64,000 nt of DNA, taken from positions 45,012,001 through 45,076,000 of the forward strand of contig CM022665.1 of NCBI GenBank assembly GCA_012295275.1, written 5' to 3'. A program made the position numbers and the translations under genes. Of this stretch, positions 1-15,593 are shown in pieces. A model generated the notes under the pieces. That model did no database searches, was not told where the DNA came from, and was given only the letters and a program-made list of their open reading frames with translations. Origin of the DNA: Chrysomallon squamiferum (Eukaryota; Animalia; Mollusca). Numbering within the stretch: position 1 is the stretch's first letter; every line of letters starts with the position of its first letter.

Positions 1-486
1 TTGTTGTTGCTGTTGTTGTCGTTGTTGTTTACTTGGTGAAATATTTTGGAGTTCTTTATTTTATGTGTCTACGTTTTTCCGTCATCCATCATGTATTTCT
101 CTATACTTCTTCCTCAATAAAATTCTTCTTTTTTTTTTTTACTATGTATCTAGTTTCTAGGTATCCTTGTTGTTGTTGTTGTTGTTGTTGTTGTTATTAT
201 TGTTGTTGTTGTTGTTGTTATTGCTGTTATTATTATTATTATTATTATCATTAGTGGTATCATTATTATTAGTATTATTATTATTAATTTTATTGTTACG
301 TTCCTTGTTGTTGTTGTTTTTGATATTTTTAGTCTGTTTGTCTGTCTGTGCGTGTATTTTGAATTTAAATTTGTTTTTCCATTCTGGTAATTTTTGCGTA
401 ACTGTTGCTGTTACTGTTGTTCTCTTTTTATATTCATACTATCTCTTTTTATAACCTTCCTTTATTACTAGTATTAGAAAAACGAT

Positions 487-519
<33 letters not shown>

Positions 520-1368
520 CATTCTTGTAGGCGTTAATATAATACTTTTTTTTTTTTTAAATCAATTTCTTTTAAATATCTTCTCTTCTTTAACACCCCC
601 GAAATGACGCCCCCGTCTACGACAAGATATTTATAAAATTATTGTTGTCTGTTGTTGGAGTGGTTGTCTTTATTGTCTGTATTTTTGTTTCTGCAGAAGA
701 TAACAAAAAAAAAAAAAAAAATGAAAAAAGGGTTTATTGTTGTGAATGTGAAAAAAAAAGTAACAGAATCGCCACGCAATGATGACTCAGGGAAATCTGC
801 ATCGATGATAACTTTACTGAAATATGAGATGTTACTGATTCGTCTTTTTTTTATGAAACGTATCTTTATACATATAGTGTCACACCTACAGACACACAAA
901 CACACACACCTAGACACACACACACACGTAACTGAAAAGATAGCTGGATAGATAGAAACCTAGACAGACAGGTAGATGAGAAGAAAGACAGACAGACAGG
1001 ACAGAAAATAACAGAGACAGATTAACAGAGATTTTGTTTCATTACTTTCCTTTCCTTTTTTTTTCTTTTTTCTCATTCTCACCATTTTTTTTTTTTTTTT
1101 TTTTTTTTTTTGGTCATACACGAGGGTCGAATTCATTTTCGAGTTTAATACTCAACTTAATCCAAACGAAATGTTCCATAAAATAAAACACCGCATCTAC
1201 TTTACGTAAAACCCTTACGAACTTAATAAATAACAAATCTAGCAAAATGCTGTCAGTTTCCAGACGAAAATAGTTTAAGTCTAAATCATAAACATCGACA
1301 TTGAAGATTAAATTGACTAAATGTGACTAAATTCATAATAAATAAACAAATAAATTAATTAATTTAAA

Positions 1369-1605
1369 TTATTAATCAGCAGGAAATGTATGGCGTAATA
1401 TTTAAAAATAAGAAAAGGTTATTCAGCAATGAATATATGACGTCATTTCTAATATTAAGAAATGAAAAAGTTATTCAGCCATGAATGTATGACGTCATAT
1501 ACAACATAAAAAAAATGAAAACGTTATTCAACAACGAATGTATCACGTAATTTCTAATAATAACAAGCTAAAAATTAATCAGCATTGAATGAATGACGTC
1601 ATTTC
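1369..1605. repeat. ~52-bp minisatellite, 5 degenerate units, 3 with ATGACGTCAT
   Basis: Recurring ttattcagc(a/c)atgaatgtatgacgtcat. Confidence 0.75.
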
Positions 1606-2284
1606 AATGGATCAAAACAAATAAATGTTGTTGCTGTTTTCTATTGTTCTGATTTTATTTTTCTGTACAAACATATAAGAAAACATATTTATTTAATTAT
1701 TTACTTTTAGCTTATTTTTTATGTATTTATTTGCTTTTTGTATATGTATGTATTTATGTATATAGGTATATATGTTTGGACATGTGTATATGTGTATGTA
1801 TGTAGCCATGCAGTCATGTTTGTTTGTATAAATGCATGTATTTTTTGTTTGTTTGTATAAATTCATATATTTTTTGTTTGTTTGTGTGTTTCTTTATAAT
1901 GTTTGTTTTTATGTTAAAATAAGATAAAGTTAATTGAAACCATAAAATATCAAAAATAACTAAATAAATAAATAATTCACTCACAAATTAGAAATCTTAT
2001 TGATTAATGATACAAAACCATATAAATGTAAAACCTCACTTAACTGTTAACATTTCACGAAAATTACATGAAATTCACATTAACTCTTTTAACTCTGTTT
2101 CTTTTCTATATATATATATATATACATATATCTCTCTCTCTCTGACTCACTCACTCACTCTCGTTCTGTTTCGCTCTGTCTGTCATTCTCTCTCTCGTTC
2201 TCTCCCTCTCCGTCTCTCTCTCTCTCTCTCTCTCTCTCACTCACTCTCTCTCGTTCTGTTTCGCTCTGTCTGTCATTCTCTCTC

Positions 2285-2356
<72 letters not shown>

Positions 2357-2706
2357 AATGTGTCTGCTGATTTATTAGACGTTCTTCAAACATCGACATC
2401 AATTCGCTGTGTACACAAAGACGGCAATAATAAAAGTAACAAGAAGAATGAACTGACATCAGACTAACACCACTCGACATTTCGCTTTTCAGTATCAGTG
2501 TGAAAATATTCTATTTGCAGTTGATTTAGTTTGACTGTCCGTGAGTGGGTGTGGGTGTGGGTATGTGAAAGAGAGAGAGTGAAAGAAAGAATAAGGAGAA
2601 GATAATTAGGTGAGAGAAAGAATGATAACAAAAGATTTAGAGGAAGAGATAAGATATGAGGAAGACAGAGAGAATGAAAAGGAAAAATAACGGGAGACGC
2701 TTGCAT

Positions 2707-3089
2707 TATTATTATTACTTTTATTATTGTTGTTGTTGTTGTTATTATTATTATTATTTTATTATTGCTGTTACTATTATTATTACTATTATTATTACTA
2801 TTACTGTTACTACTACTACCACTATTATTATTATTATTATTACTATTACTGTTACTATTATTATTATTACTACTACTACTGTTACTACTACTACTATTAT
2901 TATTATTATTATTATTATTACTGTTACTAATACTATTATTATTATTATTATTATTACTGTTACTACTACTACTACTACTACTATTATTATTATTATTATT
3001 ATTATTATTACTGTTACTATTACTACTACTATTATTACTACTACTACTATTATTATTATTATTATTATTACTACTACTACTATTATTAC
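2707..3089. repeat. (TAT/TAC)n compound microsatellite
   Basis: Direct inspection. Confidence 0.95.
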
Positions 3090-4145
3090 ATGCACATGAC
3101 TCTGACTTCACTTTTATCCTGTCGACGCTAAAGTCAACTCCCCTCCACCCTGTCAGTCGCTTAGACCCGCCCCAGCCTGACACGACAGACTTAGCTCGCT
3201 CTAGAGTAATAAACAAACAGTGAAAGCGTCAAGTGGAGACATCCTTTTAACATTCACGTGAAATATTGAGTAAGTAAAACTAGAGACACACTTTCAGTGT
3301 CACTGTGAGAATTAGAACAACTCATCCTGTATTACTGGGGAAGAAAAAGAGTCCGACGTGAAGAGGGCTGAAGGTTCAATTCTCTGCGGTGGACAGTTTA
3401 GGTGGGGTGGGTGGGATTTTATTTCTGTATACAGTGATTGATTTTATTGCAGGTTGTTTTCAAAGCGATGGAGTGAGAGTTGTTATTGTGTATTCTGGGA
3501 TGTTACAGTAAAATAACTCTCGCTGTTTATCTGTGAGAGTAACTCATGCAAAGTTTTTGGATATTTCTCTCGATGATTCTTAAATCTCTGTGGAAGTGTT
3601 AATTTTTTTTATTTTTATTTTTTTTTTTTGAATTCCTTCCTTTCACTCGTTCATTCATTAATTATTTCTTGTTTGTCGTTATTGCTGTTTTATTGATTTG
3701 TTGTATTTTCTTCTTTTTTTTATGTCTTTTCAAAAGAAGAAGAAGAAGAAGTAAACAATAATAATAAGAATAAAAAATATATATTTATTCTTGCATCGTT
3801 TTACAGTTATCTTTGCTTTGCAGTCCTTTATTAAGACAATTTTTTATTTTTTATTTTTTTTGTTATAGCTGTCTTTTCAGGCGAAAAAAAAACAACCTTC
3901 TCTTTATTTAAATCTGATCTTATTCGATTTCCTAGAAAATGTGACTGTTTTAAGTCAGATTTAAATCTAAATTTCTCAGAAAAAAAATGTTATTTTTTTT
4001 CTTTCTTTCTTTTTTTGTTTTTGTTTTCTTGCGTGTTTTTGTTTTCTTGGTAAACAAACAGGCCATTTGTGAGTTTTCAAACGAGTATTTGGATTTGTTT
4101 CGCAAAAGTTGGAACGGGAAATAGCTAGATACGCTAAGCAGAACT

Positions 4146-4774
4146 AATAGTGCAATAGCAGTAGCAATAATTGTATGAGTAGTAGTAGCACTAATAGAAA
4201 CAGAGGTAATAATAATAGTAGTGGTGATATTTCTAATAGTTGTAAGAGTGATGATGGCAGTGGTAGTAGTGGTATTATAATAATAGTAGTAACTGTAGTA
4301 GTAGTAGCAGCAGTAGTAGTAACAACAGTAGAAGTAGTAATTGGATTAATGGAAATAGTAGTAATGGTAGTAGTAGTTGTTGTAATTGTAATAATAGTAG
4401 TTTGTATTGATATTGCTTTGGTAATAGGATTAATAGTAATAGTATAGTAGTAGTAGTAGTAATAGTTGTTACAGCAGTAGTAATAACAGCAGCAGTAGCA
4501 GTGATAAAAGTAGTAGTAGTAGTAGTATTGTTGCAACAGTCGTTGTGCTGAAGTAACTGTAATAACAGCAGTAGCAGTTATAGTTGTTGCTGTAGTAGTA
4601 GTAATTATAGTAGTAGTAATAGTAATAAAAGCTATAGCAGTAGTAGTAGTAATAGTACTACTAGCAGTAGTAGTTGAAGTAACTGTAGTAATAGTAGTAG
4701 CAGTTATAGTTGTAGTGGTAGTAGTAATAAAGGTAGTAGTAGCAGTTGTAGTACTACTAGTAATAAAAGTAGTT

Positions 4775-4811
<37 letters not shown>

Positions 4812-4840
4812 CAGTAGTAGCAGTAGCAGTAGTAACAGTA
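4146..4840. repeat. Degenerate (AGT/AGC/AAT)n microsatellite
   Basis: Direct inspection. Confidence 0.9.
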
Positions 4841-5649
4841 GTTGGTTTTTTAAAACATGATAAACTATTGATAAAAGAGACAGACCTATCCAGTTTTAAT
4901 ACGATATGAACAAAGATATTTTTAAAAACTACCATGTTTGATGGTTATATTTTGCACGTACAAACGTTAAAACCAACTTATCCCTTCTTTGAAAAAGCAA
5001 AAAAAATCCCTGATTCAAGAATCCAACAGGTGAAGAAGCCTTCTCTTACCCTCCTCAGACGAACAAAAAAAACCCCAGAAATCTTTGTTTAAAAGAATTC
5101 GGTTTCTTAGGGGCCTGTTTTTAACAACAAAACAAAAAAAAAAAACAACCCGATCCTGTTCCGTTTTAATTCTCGGCTCAACTTTCACTTGACTGGCTTC
5201 CATCATGGCGAAGAAGCGGATAGGAAATTAAAGTTGAAATGAAAGCCGGCCCGTTCATACAATATCCATGGAATCAATTTCCGAACAGTTGATGATCCTT
5301 TTGACAATGTGAAAACTCGGGACTATTTTATCTCTGGATTGCGTGTTCTTATCCTCGGCGTATTCCGGCCTCCAGTAAAAGCTGGTGTGAAAAGCGCCCA
5401 TCCGGTTAATAAACGAAAAGAAAGCACAAGAAGAAGAATAATAATCGTAAGTTAGAACCGTACGTCTCGTGGATTAATGCTGAATATTTTTATTTACGAA
5501 TTACAGATAGGAGAATGTTCAGAGAAATTAAAGTGAATTTAAATAAACACACACACACATATACACATATATATAAATACATATATATGTATATACATAT
5601 ATACATACATACATATGTGTATATAATTAAATATCATATATATACATAG

Positions 5650-5727
<78 letters not shown>

Positions 5728-6422
5728 ACTCACAGAAACACACATATGCCAATATTATATATATAATATATACATACATACATACATACATACATACATA
5801 CATACATACATACATACATAATATCTTCCTAATACACATATAAATATGGACGTGCATATACATTACATACATACACACATATATATATGGTAATATAAAA
5901 TCAGCCGATAAATTTTAAATTTATATTGAGAAGATACAGGCACAAATAAATATATCTAGGAACAGATAAAAAAATTAAAAAATATTTTTTTTTTTTTAGA
6001 TATATTAATAGTTTATGTAACTTTTAAATATTAACAACGTCTATGGAGAAGCCAGAACGAAGGAAAAAAAGTCGGAAGGTGACGGGAAGAAACGAAGTAA
6101 GCCGTCACGCTATCGGGAAATAAAGTCGTTTTGTCCCGTCGCCTCAAGACTCAGTCTGCCTATTACGCGGCAATTAGAGAGTCAATATAATTATTGGCCC
6201 ACTTCACAGAACCGAGCCCTGAGCTACAAATGCTCATCATTACCATAACAACAGCATGCGTGATTAGGCTTCGGCCAAGCTTCGCATGCCTTGCTTTTGA
6301 CGTCATTACAAGCAAAAAAAAAAAAAAATTAATAACAGTTTAATACTCTGATGAGTCGGAGAATTGTTTTGCTGCTGGAATTAGCGTTTGTTAGGATAGT
6401 TCAGTTGTGCAGCTCTCTCGTT

Positions 6423-6454
6423 GTCTGTCTGTCTGGTCTGTCTCTCTCTCTCTC

Positions 6455-6503
<49 letters not shown>

Positions 6504-6769
6504 CTATCTATCTGTCTCTGTATCTATCTCGCTCTCTCTTACGTTCTCTCTCTCTGTCTCTCTCTGTCTCGCTCTCTCTCTCACTCTTTATCTCTCTCTC
6601 AATCTCTTTATCTCTCTCGCTCTCGCTCTCTTTCTCTCTCGCTCTCTTTCTCTCTCTCTCACTTTCTCTCTGTCTCTCTCTGTCTCTCTCTGTCTCGCTC
6701 TCTCTCTCTCACTCTTTATCTCTCTCTCAGTCTCTTTATCTCTCTCGCTCTCGCTCTATTTTATCTTTA

Positions 6770-6821
<52 letters not shown>

Positions 6822-6872
6822 ACTCTTTGTTTCTCTCTCTCTCTCTTTATCTCTCTCGCTCTATTTGTATAT

Positions 6873-6941
<69 letters not shown>
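6423..6941. repeat. (CT)n compound microsatellite
   Basis: Direct inspection. Confidence 0.95.
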
Positions 6942-8760
6942 TATCAGTCTCTTCGTCTACAGCTCAAGTTTTCTGTCTTTATCTATTTCTAGGTCTACCT
7001 CACCCAATGACTGTGTTACTAAATCAGTGAGTCAGTTAATGAATGAACTGGTTGATAACTTCTTCAGTTGCTGGTTCAGTGGTTCACTGTTTGACTGACA
7101 GTTCTGTAACTGGTTGTTTAACTCGATGTCATCTGGTTGTCTTTGGCTGTTTGGCTTATTTCGTTGGTTGGATGAAAAGACACAAGGTTGGAGCGGTTGA
7201 CTGTTTAGCATCTCTTTTTTTTTTTTGTCTCCTATCCTGTTTATCTGGCTGACACTTCGTCCAGTACTTTCAGTTCAGAATCACAAGACACTGCTTACAT
7301 TACTATCTATTCTGAACACATTTCTCTGAAGTAAAAATGTTTCAGCAACGGTGCGGAATCATCTCTATTTCTCTCATAATTCTATCACAAACCAGAAAGA
7401 CGAGTAAAGTAGACCAACCTCGCTGCTTGTAAATCGCATTAGTCTAATCTGTAATCCATTCACAGCCACAAGACCACCGAGAGACGAACTTATCACTCGA
7501 CAAAGCGCTGTCACTTATATGGGTACTTATTGAGGACTTTTCTCCCAATTCCTTCCATTACTCGCGGAATAAAGAAAAACCTTCTACAAGACCATTATCT
7601 CTGCAAGCCCAACCACTTTTGTGTTGCAAGCACAGCTAGAGTGATCACATTGTCTTGCATATTTTTTTTTTTTTTTTTTTGTTCTCTCCATCTGAACATG
7701 ATGTGATTATTTTAATATTTTCATTCAATAGATCGTCCGTTCTGATAGCACAACCCTGGACAAATTACTCTCCGTCTCAAAACCGTGATTGGGTGAGTTA
7801 GTAGCAGATGGGTGCCTGGGCTGCAAGGGACGAATTTCGCAGTGACCAGATAGATGTGTTTTTGTACGTCTTGGTTTGTCTGTATTTGTCTGTGTGAATG
7901 TTTTCTGTTACTGTTACGGTCAGTGTGCGAGCGAAGAGGAAAGCTGAGATAATAGCTGATGTAGTGAGTGAGTAATGGCGGTAATGTGTGTGTGTGATTG
8001 TGAGAAAGGTTTTGTGTTTTCCGTTCGGAACTGATGTAAACGTGGATAATGATAATAGGAGCTGTAATTCATGTTTATGTACAGATATACACACACACAC
8101 ACAGACACACATGTCTACACATACATACACCCATGTACATATATATATATATGTATGTATGTATGTATATATGTGTACATATACCCATGTACAAAATCCT
8201 TCTACATTATTGTGTGTATGTATGTATATATATATATATATATGTGCATTATTCCATATATACATATATAAATACACATATACACCCATGTACATATATA
8301 TATATATATATATATAAATACATATGTGTGTGTGTGGGTATATATATATATATATATATATACATATGTATTTATATATGCATATATGGAATAATGCAGA
8401 AGGATTATATGTTAGGTTCACATTATCTCAGTTCAGTTGTTGAATGTGTAACAGGGAATCGTTGCGGTATATCAACTGCGTGGTGAGACGTAACATTATA
8501 AAACGCTAATCACGTGAAACATTCTCATCTTAATTAATTAAACAACCGTCATACATACAGTGTATATCAAATCGTTTCGAAATGTAATAACTGTATGAGA
8601 TGCATATCTCTGAGCAGGAAGGCTCTAAAGCTAATATACTTGAGTGGGAAAATTGGTAATTACTCTGTGAGAAGAAGTAATTGGCAAATAACGTTAAATT
8701 TTTGGAAGGAGTTTCAAAACGCGATTGTTTCCGAAAGTGTGGCAAAACTCACTTAGTATC

Positions 8761-8818
<58 letters not shown>

Positions 8819-8830
8819 TTTTATTTACTT

Positions 8831-8870
<40 letters not shown>

Positions 8871-9300
8871 TTTTTTTTTTTTTTTTTATTATTTTTTTTT
8901 TTTTTTTTTTTTTTTTTTTCTATTATTATTATCATCATTGTAATCCTGTAATGTCGCTGGCGAGTTCCACGTTTTCAGCCGACGTTTATCAAAACGTTTT
9001 AAATAAATAAAGCTTTCAGAAAACAAATTATCCGTTTAGCTTTGCATGTTGTTTTTTTTTGATGTTACCACGCACCAGTAACCGTGGCCTCTGCTGATGT
9101 AAGTATTGAATTAAACTTGAAATCCCACAACACCCAAGTCCTTTGCATCATTTATAAAAGCTTTGACTAGCCAACCCAAAACTCGTATTATTCCAAAAAA
9201 GAGCGCACGGGCCAGTGATCATTGCAATCAAACTCTTATACAAATGGTGGATTAAAAAGTATGGTTTGAGACCATCAGAAAAATATTTTAAAAATTAAGA

Positions 9301-9331
<31 letters not shown>

Positions 9332-9749
9332 GCTAATCGATAAAAGCGGACAATGATAAATAACATTAGTGGGTTTCTTTTCATAAATATCAATTAAAAA
9401 CGAAACAGAAAAATAACAGCTCATAGTGAAATGTTGTCGACGTTTAGGAAAAAAAATACACATTTTACAAAGATGGGTGTTTGCGTAGTGCATAATAAAT
9501 GCACTTGTTTTCAGCAGCATAATAACACGTGTGATGGTTAATTTCTTTGAAACGAGATAAAAAAGAAAATCATTCCCATAGTTTAAGCTAAATGAGAAGA
9601 TAATTTCCTCCGATTAAGCTAAAAGAAAATAATTTCTTTGAATTAGGCTAAAAAGAAAGTAATTAGATATTTTCGTGAACGTCTGCCGAGCAAAAAAAAT
9701 TTAGCTAGATCTGAAACAATGATGGAAGGAAATAAATGACTGAAACTAT

Positions 9750-9820
9750 GTGTGTCTGTGTGTGTGTGTGTGTTAGAGAGAGACTGAGAGAGAAAATAAG
9801 AGGAGTAGATAGAAAATGAT

Positions 9821-9907
<87 letters not shown>

Positions 9908-10038
9908 GAGAGAGAGAGGAAGAGAGAAAACGATACTGACAGAGAGAGACAGACAAACAGACAGACAGACTCGAGAGAAAATAAGAGGAGTAGAGCGTAG
10001 AAAGAAAGGGATACTGATATATATATATATATATATAC

Positions 10039-10126
<88 letters not shown>

Positions 10127-10175
10127 AGAGAGAGACAGACAGACAGACAGAGAGAGAGGAAGAAAGAGAAAAAAT

Positions 10176-10268
<93 letters not shown>
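9750..10268. repeat. (GA)n/(GACA)n compound microsatellite
   Basis: Direct inspection. Confidence 0.95.
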
Positions 10269-10271
<3 letters not shown>

Positions 10272-10644
10272 CTTCTATTTTAAATATCAAATATAAATAT
10301 AACCAGGAATTTTCATATTTGCCTCGCCAAGTGTCTACTAATTCAGCTGACCGTTCTGGAAATCTATTAAGGGTGAAGAAGGTCAGAAAATATCGAAGCC
10401 TAAAAGGTGAAAATCTGCTACTTCTCTCTCTCTCTGGAACGAACATGCTTTCACATATATTAATTCGTTCACAACAACAAGACCAGTATTTAATCGAGTT
10501 GGCCCATTTGGCGTGTTAGAAGATAATATTGTCTGTTGTTCGATTAAGAAAAATCCTGGTACTTCGTGATGCTGCAAATGTTTCATTATCATTATTATCA
10601 TCTTCTTCTTCTTCTTCTTCTTCTTCTTCTTCTCGTTTTTCTTA

Positions 10645-10712
<68 letters not shown>

Positions 10713-11089
10713 GTCATCTTCTTTTTTCTGTTGCATTTTTCGCGTATTTTTATGATCCGCTACGTGTTAATCGTTGTCATTTTCATTATTTTGATTCTTA
10801 TTATTTTTCCCAGTTTTTTTTTTTTTTTTTCTGCAGCTTTTCTTATTTTTTTTTATATATATATATATATATTTTTTTTTTCATTCTCTCCTTTATTTTT
10901 AATATTTTTTTTTTCTGTTTTCATCTTTTTTTTTTCACTTAATTTGTTTTCATGTAAACAGCAGGTTTTTGTAGCATAAAATTGTTGTTGACGTTGTTGT
11001 TGTCATTATTTTGGTGGATGTGTGTTTTGGGGGTTTATTATTATTGTTGTTGTTTTTTATTTGTTTGTCTCTTTGCCTTTTTAATATTA

Positions 11090-11148
<59 letters not shown>

Positions 11149-11177
11149 TTTATGAACATTTTCTTCATCTTCATCAA

Positions 11178-11231
<54 letters not shown>

Positions 11232-12172
11232 TACTATTACTATTATTATATTATTATTCGTAGTTGGATATACCATCTTCCTGTTCTTTTAAAATCTTCA
11301 AAAATTATATATCCACTATTGGTAGCTTATAATGGTTTTACCAAATGCCAAACAAATTTTGTTTAAACTACATAGCCGGACTCGAACCCAATAACCATGA
11401 GACGAAAACCTGTAATCTTTGCGGCACAAATATAAATAGAAGGTTATATTACCTTAGACTAATGACCCAGCTAGTACCGATGACGTAGGCAAAACTAAAC
11501 GATAATTATTACGTATTATTACAGTCTTAAAAGAAGAAGCAACAAAAAATTACATAACACTCCTAATTATTGTAATAAATTACCAAAGTGTATTGTCAAT
11601 GGACACTAATGGCATATTTCAAAACATCCGTTGTCATGGCAATGACGTCATAGCGTCAAAGCACGTACGACACTGCGGCTCCCAGCGAGAAGCGCGGTTA
11701 GCTGTGAATGTTAAGGAATAAAAAGAACCGTTAATATGTGTATAACCGTCAGTCTATAACGGCAAAAAAAAAAAAAAAGTCTAATTAATTTCCCTGCCGA
11801 TCACAAAACGTATCTGCTAATAGGGGTTAATGATGCGTCACGTTTTTTAAAAGTCACGAAAAAAGAAAGGGTTATAAAAGCAACAGTAACGTGATTTACG
11901 TCTTTTAAATCAAAAAAAATATTACACAATTCTGTCATTATCCTCGCATAGACACAAATGCATAGGGTGAGAATGTGTATTGAACTGCAGTCATAAACGT
12001 TATTAGCCTGGCCGCATAATAGTTTGATTGCATCAGAAAAATGATTCATTCTCTTCTCTCTCTCACAGTCTTTCTGTATGTAAATGTATTTGTTTATCTA
12101 TCTGATTGTTTATATGTATATATAGATATTTAAATAGATGGATATATAGGTAATTAAATAGACTGATAGACG

Positions 12173-12233
<61 letters not shown>

Positions 12234-12390
12234 GTAGATTTAGTAGTAGTAGTAGTAGTAGCGATAGAAAGTTTAGTAGTAGTAGCAGGGGATAGTAGTA
12301 ATAGTACTAGTAGTAGTAATAGTAGTAGTAGTAGTAGTGGTGGTGGTGGTGGTGGTGGTAGTGGTAGTGGTAGTAGTAGTAGTAGTAATG

Positions 12391-12435
<45 letters not shown>

Positions 12436-13088
12436 ATGGTAGTAGTAGTAGTAGAAGTAGTAGCAGCAGCAGCAGCAAAAGTAACAAAGCACAACATAAC
12501 ATATAAATCCGACATATTCTTTCCTTCTTTCCCTAAAAGCGAATCATTATTTTTAATAATATCTGACAAAAGCTAATGTCATTTCATCCGAATAACGAAG
12601 CGGTAATTGAGATAAAGACTTCGCAGAATGAGATAAATACATTAGACTACTTTATTAACACTGGAGAACGACCGGGACGTTTACCAGAGAAAGTGTGGTA
12701 ATTACGTTTCATAAGACGCGGTCAAGTTGGCACGACGTTACTGCGAGGCGTAATACGGGTAAGATTACCAGTGTCGCTTCACATCAGCCGGTCACCAGTC
12801 GAGCCGAATTTAACCTTCGATAAGCCAGGGGGTAGTCGAGTTTTGCACGTTCACGCTGACCCAGATATTTAGATATTGTTTTTCTGATGTACAAATTGAT
12901 AAAAAAAATGAGTGGGAATCTGAAATTGGGTATTAATTTTTATGTTTTGGTGGTTTCGGTGATGTTTTATTGTTGTTGTTTCCTTGTTTTTTTTTTCTGG
13001 TTTTTTTTTGTTTTCTTCTTTTTTCTTTCTTTATTTCTTTCTTCTTCTTCTTCTTCTTTTTCTTCTTCTTCTTCTTCTTCTTCTTCTT

Positions 13089-13119
<31 letters not shown>

Positions 13120-13461
13120 TTATTATTATTATTATTATTATATTTTTTAAACTTTTCTCTTCGTTTTGCAACTACAGTAATGCTAATACGAAACTAGTAA
13201 TAAAAATAAGACTGAGGTTATTACTACATAATTCTGCTATTACTGCTGCTGCTGCTGCTACTACTACTGTTACTACTACCAAAAGTAGTAGTACTATTAC
13301 TACTACAACTACTGGTTCTGTTAGTACTAATAGCAGTAGTAGTTTTACTATTAATAGTAATAGTATTACTATTGCTGCTATTGCTATTATCACTACTACT
13401 CCTATTACAATTATTATTGATATGGATGACATCATCATCATTGTTATTATTATCATCATCA

Positions 13462-13511
<50 letters not shown>

Positions 13512-14654
13512 ATTATTATTATTACCTCTATTAAAGATACTGATGTAAATATATTTCATACTTTCTTCTTATTCATTCTTGCTTTGGCTATATCAAAATA
13601 TCAGTCCCAATAAACCGCGTTTAGTCCTTTTATCTTGAAATATATAACACACTTCACAAGATCTTACTCTGAAACTACATTCTCACGTCATTTTTTATTT
13701 CCGTTTCTAACAGAAACAAATGACAACAGCCGTACTATCTTTCCTACAACATCCAGTGCCATTCCTAGTCGAAAAGCATCGCCAGAGAAGGCAATAAAAT
13801 ACATTAACCCAAATACAACACACACGATTTTTCAAATGACAGAAATACAGAGGCGAAATCCATCAAGGAAAATAGTGCCAAAAAGAAAACCAACAAAAAA
13901 TATATATATTAGCTTCACAATCAAATAAAGCAATAAACTATACAGGAGATAATATTTCCGACAGCTTTATTTGAGTATCGTAACCTCGTTGAAAAGATTT
14001 AACAGTCGTCGGGGATAATTCTGTTTCTAACGATTACTCTGAATTCTTTATTTACTTTTTCTTTTTTATATGCAGTGTTGTTAAGTGGGTTTTTTTAAAC
14101 CAAGATTTGTTATGTGTATTAGAAAAAAAAAAAAAAAAACTTTAAAAAAAAAAAAAAACACAACTAATATTTGATAACCAGTCTCTGAGAATTGTGATCG
14201 TTAAGGATTTACGACAATCGTTATAATTCGGTGGTGGGGAAAAAAAAATTAAAAAAATTGACGCGACGTTTCATCAAATTATTATTTTCATTTGATTCCA
14301 ACTGACGGAATTAGTCGAACAACTGCAGATAACGTCTATTATTTGCTGCATTTATTTTATCACCGAGTTCGGCTGAGCAAACGCCGATATATCAACGTCA
14401 TAAACAGCGATCGGAATGGATGGAGATAAATAACACTACATGTACGTATTTGTGTCGTAAACTGTCTCGTAAACTGTGTCGTAAACTGTGTCGTGTTGCA
14501 GCGTCTTTCAGATGGAACTGAAAAGAAGAGTTCTGAAAAAGCAGGACGGATTCGGTCAGATCAAAACAGATATGAAACTTTGATCTATAAAGATGTGTGA
14601 ACTGCGGCTCGGTTTGTTAGTTTTGTTATATAGAGTGTATTTGACTGAAGTGTG

Positions 14655-14745
14655 ACAGGACGCAGGATCGATTCTCGACAGTGTTGTTTATCACTGGGAC
14701 GTTTTTCTTTCTCGTTCCAGGCTGCATCCCACGACTGATTTCGCC
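14655..14745 (+). mobile_element. Degraded tRNA-derived SINE-like fragment
   Basis: B-box-like ggatcgattc followed by tttctcgttccag...ccacgactg, resembling from memory a common gastropod SINE core; not verified. Confidence 0.35.
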
Positions 14746-15533
14746 GATGTTTTTGGTGATACGTGATTGTGTTTATACAGGGACGTGTGTTACAAGTGGT
14801 TAATATAGTCTAATGTGCAAATACAGTAGGTTGTTTTCAGCAGTGATATGAAGAGAATTTTTTTGTTTTCAGTGATACGAACAGAAAACAAAAATTTTAA
14901 AAAGAAAACTCAATTTGATATTAAACTATTTTGATGAATCCTTAATCAGAGTTTTAACTGATTGTTACAAGTTATAATTTTCATGTGTTCAAGAAGTGGA
15001 AATTTTATGACTGTCCCAGAAAGATTATTAGTATCATCACTATCTTCATCATCGTCGTCATCATCATCGTTTATATCATGAATTATTATTGTTAGTCATC
15101 AATTACACTCTTCATCATTGTTATTATTATCTTAATTAACATGGAATAACATGGTTTAAATAAATATATCACATAATTATATGAATTAAAATCGTTTAAT
15201 CATGCATATTTTAGACATATTTGAAAAATTTTTAAAATATTTCATTTATCTAGAAAATATTCAAATATTAATTTTCTTTTTAGTAATAAAAGTTTTAACA
15301 TTTTTAACATAAGTAAAAACAGACCAAAATTTAAATTTAAAATAGTATTTAATTGTTGTATGTTACCGTTATCATTTGTTATTCGTGTTCTCGTATTCGT
15401 TATTTTAATCAACGATTGTTAAGAATTAAAATTTTAAAAAGGTGGAATATCTTTCTAAGAGACACAAAAAAAAGTATGATACGTCAATGGCAGAACTATC
15501 TGAGGCGTCTGTATAACAGATTTATTTATTATG

Positions 15534-15593
<60 letters not shown>

